Assembly (NCBI GenBank): GCA_030248215.1
Contig: JASANG010002574.1
Span: 420,430-440,429, forward strand
Direction of reading: 5' to 3'
Length of the DNA: 20,000 nt
From: Enoplolaimus lenunculus
Lineage: Eukaryota
Shown here: positions 8,001 to 16,100 of the stretch, in pieces
Numbering within the stretch: position 1 is the first letter of the stretch
How the letters are laid out: every line of letters begins with the position of its first letter
The notes under the pieces: model-generated
What the model was told of the DNA's origin: nothing
The model's input: only the letters and a program-made list of their open reading frames with translations
The model's database searches: none
Program-made: the position numbers and the translations under genes

Positions 8001-10759
8001 CTGTTGCAAAATTACGGTTAAAAAACTATTAAACATCACATGGAATTGTAATTTCTCTCGCTTTTTCACTTTAAACGCATACCGGCAGCGAGCCGTGCGT
8101 TTGAGAGATAAGATGATTTTGTTACTACAAAAATATGCTGCGGTATCTCGAGAGTGGCGCCCATGACACATTGCTCACTGAAACGATGTTTTTCATTTCA
8201 GGTGGTAGTTATGGTGGAGGCTCTGGTTATGGAGAATCTCAAGCGGGCGGTGCGGCGGCAGGATATGATGCGTCGGCTGCTTGGGGTGGCGCTGCAGCTG
8301 GTATGGCACTTATACAAACTTTTGCCAAAAAATGCCGGAGCCGGATAGTTTAATATCCGACCGGAGCAGAATAATTAATCCAAATCTAATACTACATAGC
8401 AGGTGGAACCGGAATTCCGATTACGATTAGAATTCTGATTCAAAACGAGTTTCGTTTGCACAATCAATCGAATCGGAATTTTGAAGTTCTGTATCATTAT
8501 CTATTAAACTGATTTCGATACGTTAACTTATCAATAATTGATTGTAGTTTACGTTTACAGAACCAAAAAATCATCACCAATATGTTCATGCGACGTTTTT
8601 GAAAATTGTTGCCAGCTAACAGACACTCAAATCAATATTATATTTGTTAATCCAGTTGTGCTTTGCACCGGTTCAAATATCAGAACATAGCTAACCATTC
8701 TTTTTTTGCACGGCCTAGGGTACTTACCGTGTTTACGTGACAAAGCTTAATATCTCACGCCAATACGCTCTAATACTTCACGGTCCTATTTTACTATTTT
8801 TGTGTAGCGTTGTGTTCAGTTGTAATATTTGTGTGGCCTATGTTGCTTTTAAGGGTGCACAGGTTTCAATAGGTACTATAAAACAAGGGGCTTAGTTTTA
8901 AGGCTATTATTTTCGCTTAAGCTTAGGCTTAGGCAGAAAAACATGTAAAAGTAAATCACTCAGTTCCATGACAGCTGGTATAAATACAAATGATTTCAAT
9001 TTTTTTGAAATATTTAAAAACATCCGCCACCGTAAGATATCGGAGCCGTACGGTTTCTTCAATACCTGGATGCGATTACGTTTCGAAGGCTCAGAAAGTT
9101 TAAGTTTTGATAGGTTTTATCTATTTTTAAATTATGTTAGCGAGCGAGACGTAAACACATTTTTTATTTAATATATAATTTCAGTTTATCAGCAGCAACA
9201 GTGAATTTTATAACAGACGAAAACCTTGAACACGCTAAAAATACAACGAAAAATAAATTATTTTAACATATGCAATATCCGGTTTCTACGCGGTAAACGT
9301 TGTATTGTAGGCAATTACGGCGCTGAAAGTTACGCGGCCAGCTATGGCGGACAACAACAAATGCAGCAAGCTGCCGGTGGCTACGGAGCAGGTTACGACG
9401 CAACAGCGGGCGCTTATGCGCAACAATCCACTGTTAGCTCGACTGATCCATATGCTGCATACCAACAGCAGTATCAAATGCAGTCGCAGCAGGCGGCAGG
9501 TGGTAGGTTACCATACGTAGTCATTGCTTCTGTATTAGCACAATTTATTTGAGTTACGGTCTGACAGGACACCAAAAATACCGGAGCCCGAGCGATAACT
9601 GGATATTTCAGTTTTCAATATCAGTTTTAGTAAAGTTACGGCGCTGATATTGAAATACATATTTCGACAAAAAATTAAATTTAAGTACGCTTTATTTATG
9701 ATTTTGGTTTTGCAAAGGTCTTACAATGTCACTGTGAAATGTGAGTTTAGTCGCACATATGCAATATATAGTTTCGTTATACGCATTTTGATCCTGTTCC
9801 GGTATCCAATATAAACTTATCGGATACCGGATATTTGTGGTTGTGGTTCCAAATATCATAAAACTGTTTTTTGCACGTCAAAATACTAGCGAGCGACTCA
9901 AAAGCAACGTTTTAAATTGTTTCTGTTCTGGAAATAACTCTTCTCTTGAACAACAATTTCCTCGTTAAGTTCAAAATTTTCTTGTAATGTTGCAGAAAAC
10001 CATATCTCTTGAAGTTCATGTTGAAAACAAATTTACTACGGCTACTAATTTATTTCTAAAATTCGATCGTTAATCATTTCTTATTTCCATCTTTAGCTTT
10101 ACATTTCCACAAATATATTGCTTTGGAAATTACAAAAATGTCTGGAGTCGTTGCAAATTGTACGTAATTAATCCGTTTACACTAGCTTTATATTGGATTT
10201 CGGAACATAAACTACGATGCCAATGTCTCCCCGTATAATATTAATAATCCGTATATTCGGTCGCTTCCTGGTAAGCAAATGGGCGGTGTAACTTTTAAGA
10301 TGCGGTTTATTACAACCATTAACCAGTTGTTTAGGACAGTGGAACCAACAATATGCTGCTGGAGCAGGACAGCAAGCTCAGTATGCGGCAGGTGGTCAAG
10401 CTGCCGGAGCGTGGCAACAACAACAACAAGGTAAAATGTTTGTCAGAAAGTTGGGTAGGAAAATTTGGAAAATGGCCATTTGTAGAGGGCGCCATTCCGG
10501 CCGCCCACTAGGAAAAATCCAGCTATATACATAAACACTTGAGTCCCCTATTTCTGCTTTCCCCCATAAAATTTAGCGCACCCCATCCAGTTAATTTTGC
10601 GCGATCGATCCTTTGATTGATGGTTGAAACACCGTGTTTTGATACCAGTTTAAGATCGCTAAGTAATTATTCATTTTATATCTTTAAAAGGATGTGTTTC
10701 CGAGAAGCGCATTTCACGCGCGTGTCTTTTTCAAACTTGTAATTTTTGCAGGGTGGTAG
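2006..10759 (+). CDS. hnRNP A/B-family RNA-binding protein, paralog 1 (2 RRM + RGG + G/Y/Q/A prion-like tail, ~437 aa); join(2006..2023,3316..3427,4363..4517,5613..5723,6326..6425,7176..7598,8202..8300,9311..9502,10335..10430,10752..10759)
   Basis: All introns GT-AG with continuous frame. RRM1 RNP2 IFVGGL / RNP1 [23 protein letters not shown] linker, RRM2 LYIGGI / [23 protein letters not shown]: hallmark hnRNP A1/A2/A3-type sequence. Exons 1 and 10 are inferred by analogy with paralog 2. Confidence 0.9.
2120..2290 (+). mobile_element. Probable Helitron/Helentron-associated (HINE/DINE-1-like) remnant
   Basis: GTCCGTCTGTCCGTCC microsatellite followed by GAACCGATTTTGATAAA and TTTTTGTTTGAAAG, preceded by a short hairpin (ACGCTT...AAGCGT). 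Recognised by motif style only. Confidence 0.4.
2305..2645. repeat. Old tandem duplication, ~174-bp period
   Basis: AGCAATCTAATTTCAGCA.TAAAGGGTTTTT at 2357 and 2531; ACAAACCTCCAA.ACCGATAATT repeated at the same offset. Confidence 0.85.
2737..3215 (+). mobile_element. MITE family A copy, plus a short internally deleted copy at ~3110..3215
   Basis: Internal sequence (GAAATAACCCTAGTTG.AGATAGGTATTCACTTT..., ATCCACGGAAG) shared with 4690..5233; right end AATTCCGCTGCACCCTG; CCGGAA repeats. Confidence 0.75.
3316..3427 (+). CDS. Paralog 1 exon 2 ([17 protein letters not shown]...YGNIT; RRM1 RNP2)
   Basis: tttcag|...|gtagga; 112 nt, same as paralog 2 exon 2. Confidence 0.92.
3615..3945 (+). mobile_element. 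MITE family B copy
   Basis: Homologous to 1..361(-) and 5317..; ends ...GAACCCTG; TTCCTG repeats. Confidence 0.6.
4050..4333 (+). mobile_element. MITE family D copy (right end GGATATCCGGTCGCACTCTG); left boundary approximate
   Basis: Same terminus as 11985..12003 (GATATCCGGTCGCACCCTA); CCGGAT/CCGGAG repeats. Confidence 0.55.
4363..4517 (+). CDS. Paralog 1 exon 3 (DIVIMRD...RGFGFVTF...[11 protein letters not shown]1 RNP1)
   Basis: tttttcag|...|gttact; 155 nt. Confidence 0.95.
4690..5233 (+). mobile_element. MITE family A copy with TIRs
   Basis: Left CAGTGTGCAATCGGAATT; right AATTCCGGGTGCACTCTG; flanks AGATATAT / ATATATAT (near 8-bp TSD). Confidence 0.8.
4853..5158. repeat. Near-perfect tandem duplication (152 + 154 bp) inside the MITE
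   Basis: 4853..5004 repeated at 5005..5158, differing by one TA unit. Confidence 0.95.
5234..5316. repeat. Imperfect (TA)n microsatellite
   Basis: Direct reading; abuts MITE termini on both sides. Confidence 0.95.
5317..5430 (+). mobile_element. MITE family B left end
   Basis: CAGGGTTCAACCGGAATTTCTGTTCCGG...GATGCAGGAACCGGAATT; related stubs at 5756 and 12882. Confidence 0.65.
5613..5723 (+). CDS. Paralog 1 exon 4 ([19 protein letters not shown]...QYGE; RRM2 RNP2)
   Basis: ttttcag|...|gtatgt; 111 nt; absent from the ORF track. Confidence 0.95.
6326..6425 (+). CDS. Paralog 1 exon 5 ([36 protein letters not shown]2 RNP1)
   Basis: ctctag|...|gtaggt; 100 nt. Confidence 0.95.
7176..7598 (+). 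CDS. Paralog 1 exon 6 (end of RRM2 + two RGG blocks)
   Basis: ttttag|TG ATA CAG...GGA G|gtatgt; [16 protein letters not shown] followed by RGG/GWG repeats. Confidence 0.93.
8202..8300 (+). CDS. Paralog 1 exon 7 ([17 protein letters not shown]...AWGGAAA)
   Basis: tttcag|...|gtatgg; 99 nt, phase 1-1. Confidence 0.88.
8400..8670 (+). mobile_element. Degenerate MITE (family E)
   Basis: Starts CAGGTGGAACCGGAATTCCGATT; 3' part matches 1705..1905. Confidence 0.55.
9311..9502 (+). CDS. Paralog 1 exon 8 (Q/A/Y/G-rich)
   Basis: ttgtag|GC AAT TAC...G|gtaggt (alternative donor after 9499); phase 1-1. Confidence 0.85.
10335..10430 (+). CDS. Paralog 1 exon 9 ([32 protein letters not shown])
   Basis: gtttag|...|gtaaaa; 96 nt, phase 1-1; absent from the ORF track. 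Confidence 0.85.
10752..10759 (+). CDS. Paralog 1 terminal coding micro-exon (G-W-stop)
   Basis: tttttgcag|GG TGG TAG; parallels GYW-stop of paralog 2. Confidence 0.65.
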
Positions 10760-11773
10760 AAACGCTTTCAAAGCAGGATTGCGGGCTACAGAAAGTGAAT
10801 GAAGTAAGTTGGAACCAGATTTAATATGCTGGATGGATAGTACGTATCGAATGCAATTTGAGACAAATTTTGACTTAGACAATAATCATTTTGTAACATA
10901 ACGAAATTTCATGTATCTGCGACTTTTTTTGCAAATATGTACCAGTGCCTGATACCGTCGTATTTTAAATTAAACCCGAAAGGCTTGACTAAAATGTCTG
11001 GGGTAAACTCTGGGGTAAACTCACTTAGTTAAAACTGTTTGGCAGATTCGGGTCATTGGGGTTTAAAGGGCCATAGCCATGGGTTAGCTATAATGTCGAA
11101 ACAGCTTCGCATAACGTGTGATGCAGCACTAATTGTACTTTTAGGAATTCCCGTTGTGATCTTACAATGCCAAGAGAGTCTCACATTGTGTAATTGTTAT
11201 CGGCCAGTTCAAATTATCAGTCGGTTTACTGTCGGAACACTATCTTATATTCGGTCAGAAGAAGTTCAGGCTATTCGGGCCTTGTATTATCGGAGATAAT
11301 GGCCTTTCGGCTCTTTCAAGCTGATATCAGGAAATTCTGAGTCAGCTCAAATACCTATTACGCTACGCTTAGCCAAAAACAACAGAACAATCTGCAGCAG
11401 TTTGAAACATTACTAATATATCAACAAGCTGTTATAGTATGCATTGTGATGACTTTTCGGCCTTCGAATGATTTACATCAATGCTACAACGTCTGAATAC
11501 ATTAATTGAGCACCTATTAATTTAGTCTGTCTGTCTTAGACACACGCTGTGTTGGGACTACTCTGAGGTTGTTTTTGTAACGGGAGTACTTCATTCACGG
11601 TCTGTGCAGCCCACCTTGTTTGTCTTATCATATGTATATACGTAAAACAATATTTTTTGACAATGGTTTGAGTATAATGTCATGTTTTTTCCTATGTGTG
11701 ATGTAGCTATTATAATGATTTGGCTACATCGTCCTTGGTTGTGTTCGAGTTTTACAGATATTTACATTACACT

Positions 11774-12003
11774 CAGTAGGCGACCGGATGTCAACTTACC
11801 GGAACTGGGATGTAAAGTGAATAAAGAAACCAGATATATCTAAGTTTGTGAACTCAAAAGCATACGTAGTTTAACCTTTAATTACGTTTACTGACTTGAA
11901 ATTAATTATTGTACTAGCCTGGATATTTTTAGTTTATTTCAGTACGAAAAACTATCAGTTTTTACAAATATTAAAATGGAATGGGATATCCGGTCGCACC
12001 CTA
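11774..12003 (+). mobile_element. MITE family D copy, intergenic
   Basis: Inverted ends GCGACCGGATGTC ... GATATCCGGTCGC; no TSD recognisable. Confidence 0.6.
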
Positions 12004-13143
12004 ATATTGTTTACAAAGTACACATTTTTGTCTTAAGCTAAACATTTTTCCGGTGCTGTAATGAGGATTTTATAGCGAGGTTTTTAAGCGGAAGCGTTTC
12101 ACACGTATTTATAGCATCGTTTACGCCAGTACAGCGGCTGAAGGATGTATCTATGCCAGCTGACATGTTGTGACATAGCCCCCATTGTATCATCATTTTA
12201 TCGCCGTAACAAATAATTGAAAAAACTTCAAACTTGTTTTCTTTTCGAGAACAAGTTGCTAACCCTAAACAATACGTTTAAACTATATTCATAAGCCTAA
12301 GTGGGAATAAGGAGATTTTCAGTCTAAATTTGGCCAAGGCGCCGCAAATCTTGCGCAGTGGATTGGTTTTGCAGTGGTCATAAGCCGTGGGGCTGATAGC
12401 TGCAGTACTGGTGATCCATGTTTGACGGGAACATAATTGCGGATTTGTATCTAATAACTACATAGCTACTAGCTATGTGTATCATTTTGATTCGTAACAT
12501 ACGTTAGCGACAACATTATTGACCATTCCGTTTATGTCGTTCTAATGTACTTTCGTACACACGTAACCGTTACTAAGTGGTACGTATTTTGGATATGGAG
12601 TAAACTGATTTGATATAATTTAGTTTGTTCATTTAAAGTCTGAAATCTTTCAGTATCGAGCGTTACGCATTAATAGTGTGCTGGTCTGATTAAGGTATTC
12701 GTATTACTATATTTTTTCGGTTAAATACACACACACTACACAGATTCTGAATGTCTCGTGCAGAATATTGTGGAATATAATAGCGAAGCTTACAACCAAA
12801 TAGCAGTATTATACTGTGTGTTATTTTTTGATTGTAAGCAGTGTATTCTGCAGCTACATACTAAAATCATTTAGACGTCCGACAGGATTCAACCCGAATT
12901 CCGGCAGAAAATCAATACCTGTTCCTGCAGTCAGCAGTGCATGGACCGGAATGGGCATGTGTTACGTATGTGTAAATAGACAACTGTGCCAGAACGATTT
13001 GTTTTATGTCATGTGGTACGTAAATTGTATTTATTACTTTAATGTTTTCAGTAGTTCAGTGTCGCTTTCTTCGCGATAATACCGTTTAATTTGCATTCAC
13101 TTCATTCCATTTTGTTATCGTTTGGTTGGAGTCTATTGAAACA

Positions 13144-13164
13144 ATGCCGGGTGCTGAAAATGGA
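13144..13164 (+). CDS. Paralog 2 exon 1 (MPGAENG)
   Basis: acaATG...GGA|gtaagc, phase 0. Confidence 0.7.
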
Positions 13165-16100
13165 GTAAGCTCAGTTCTGGCATTTCGCTAGCCCAATCTC
13201 GAGTGAAGGGACTTTTTCAGAGGTGCCTTCAGGTTCAACCGGGGGTATTTGCTGAGTGGGGAGGGGGCTTTCGAGAAATACCCCCGGGTTAAACCGGAGG
13301 GGGGAGACAAAAAATGCTATTTTTTTTAATTTTTTGAGCAAAATGTTTGTTCAACAAATGAATTAGAGTTTAAGGTCTTACTTAAATGAAAAAAGTAACG
13401 TAGCACATTCACTGATGCATTGGCACCGCTCATCCGTCCCACAATTTTTAGATGAAATTGTGAACCCGGGGGGATTTTTCGAGTGGGGGGGGCTGAACCT
13501 GGGGGAATTTGCCGAGTGTGGGGGGCGACCCCCCTACCAGCGAAACGCCAGCAATTTGGGTTTTATTAAGTTAATGGCAAATTTTAAATGCTTATTTTTA
13601 CACGTCATACATAGAGGGCTTGATTGTGTTGAATGGAGATGTTTTAATAAAATAGTTGTTTGTAATGTTTAAACTTGTGTTTCTGTTTCAAAAAATAATT
13701 TGGAGATTTTAGTTTGAAAATATTCTGAGTTTATATGTTTGATTGTAATGTTTACGGATGTGTGTTAGCTTTTCGTGTCAGTGGTTTATCTCATTTTATC
13801 ATGTCGCATTGATTTTGACAGGATAGCTCGTTGGAACCAGAATCGCTGCGTAAGTTGTTTATTGGAGCTCTGACACCAGAAACTGATGAAGACAAATTGA
13901 AAGAATTCTATTCACAGTATGGAGAAATAACAGGTTTGCGTTTTCCTTAGTCCATTAATAAAATATTGTTTACATATTATGTAACTTATGGTGTACAAGA
14001 AACACCTCGATGAGTGTATTATTTTAACCGAGTCTAACCGCTCATAAATTGAGCATTTATTGCTTCCAAAATATACAAGTAGCATCAATGACAATTGTGC
14101 TTAATTCGTCTTGCTTCCCGGTTTTGTATTCGTGTTAGGCTTTTGTTTTCCGTATGACTGGAAGTCATGGCTGTTAGTACTGGGGACAGTCTGATTCGGG
14201 TTTGAGTTCTGTCTCGTCAAGCCTCGGTTTTCAGCTGATATCGGTCTAATAATGTTTGAGTCAAAGTAATTTCGGACCAAAATTAAAACTTCAGCTTTGA
14301 CCAACTGAAATTGAAAATCGTCTTTTGTCTCATAGAATTTTTTTCGACTGGAGAACAAACTGGTGATAATCCACTCCATAGGCCGAAATCAGTTTTGATT
14401 TGGTTAGAAAATCTTCATTACAAAACAAACATATTATCTATGATACACAAAATTATTGAAAATCTCAATTTTGTTTTATTTTACAAAGTCAAAAAACCGT
14501 TCTCGGTTTCTCTTCGAGACCGCCAGTTCCGACTCTTTCCAAGCATTATAAACCGCGCCTGCAACCGTGTCCTTGTCTGCTAAGCTAACTCACTCGAGTA
14601 CTTGCTCACACTCATAACGTTGCAGACTCAGTTATTGTCCGCGATCCTGAGACCAAGAAGCCGCGTGGATTTGGATTTATTACATACTCTACAATGGCTG
14701 CAGTTGACGAAGCGATGCGAAACCGACCGCATAATATTGACGGCAAGAAGGCAGATCCGAAACGAGCAGTTCCCAAAGAGGTAAAGCTTGTGCTGTGCTT
14801 TTGGCAGTTTTGGAAACCGCGATTCATCGTTCCAAGTTTAAGACACTACAATATTTGTATACAGTAAGATTTATCATAGTGCCAAAACATATCGCTGAGT
14901 GATGATAGGTGCTATACACATTTGAGAGTATGAGCCCAAATAAAAATGTGACATGATGTTGCATATTCAATTTTTGTGTGTACTATTGTAATTTCGTTGT
15001 TTAAGTCCGTGCAATAATTTGTTTGCTGAGGTTTCTTTCTCATACTTTACAGAAAGCTGGTAGCGTTGAAGCGTCAATACAAGTAAAAAAGTTGTTTGTT
15101 GGTGGCATTAAAGATAACCATACTGAAGACATGCTCAAAGAATACTTTTCAGATCATGGGACGGTAAGTGTGTATTGAACCAAGTTTTGTGATCATCTAT
15201 AGGTAAAATAATCTTTTATGCCTAGCGAGAGACGTCATTGTGGACAAGGCAATTGGCAAATTTGTCATTTACAACACAACACCGCACCGTTGTATATAGC
15301 AAACATCGATTCTGGCAACATAAGCTTTGGCAGCGATTAATTACGTATCGCCATTTGCAATGAAGTATAAACACTGGCCAGTCATGGCAATTATACTTGG
15401 ATAGAATTTGCGCTATCGTAAACTTTCACCACAGACGCAGCCGCGATAACTGAGCACTTAGTTCTGTCCTTGAATGTTGTACAGAGATGTCCCGGGGCCA
15501 CGGCTATACGGTACCATATTGAACGGTTCCATAAAAATGTCTCGAAGCACAATTATGCCAGAATCCAAACGCAGCACAGTACGTTTGTTACATTACCGTA
15601 GGCAAAAAATCGCATGATGCTATATAGCAAATAAACGCATTACCAGTAACTTCATAACATGGGAGTTAGAAATCGACCGGATCCGAGATCCGGATACGGG
15701 CCGGATCTCTGCAATTTTTAAGATCCGGATCCGATAAAATAAACTACCGGATCTCCGGATCCGAAATTTGATATACAAACAAAAACATACCAATATTGGT
15801 GTATGTATTTCAACTATGCGTACGTAATCTATTAAGCACTGTGTGAGCATTAATGCTTTGTTGGAATGTCAGGTTAATGACATCCACGTGGAGACCAGTG
15901 TTGTTGAGGAAGAAGAACAAACATAGAAATTTTTAAAGACTTCTTTTTAGATGCTGTAACCTTTGTTGACTAATTTTGCGAAACAATCAGTTGAACTTTT
16001 GGTATTTTATATACGTTAGGTATTGAAAAATTATCCAGATAATAAGATCCGAATCCGGGCCGGATCTGAAATTTAAGATCCGGATTCGGATCCGGTAAAG

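Noticed and set aside
8916..8934. TTAGGC telomere-like repeat
   Set aside because: Only two perfect units, too short to call an interstitial telomere or infer taxonomy
11039..11299. ORF as alternative last exon of paralog 1 (GGCAG|AT TCG GGT CAT TGG)
   Set aside because: Weak pyrimidine tract and composition unlike the tail; GW-stop at 10752 matches the paralog better
11446..11496. Box C (GTGATGA) ... box D (CTGA) snoRNA candidate
   Set aside because: Only 51 nt box-to-box, no convincing C'/D' or recognisable guide, not intronic, and the TTTCGGC motif recurs in the nearby degenerate repeat (11190..11320). An Infernal or snoscan search would settle it.
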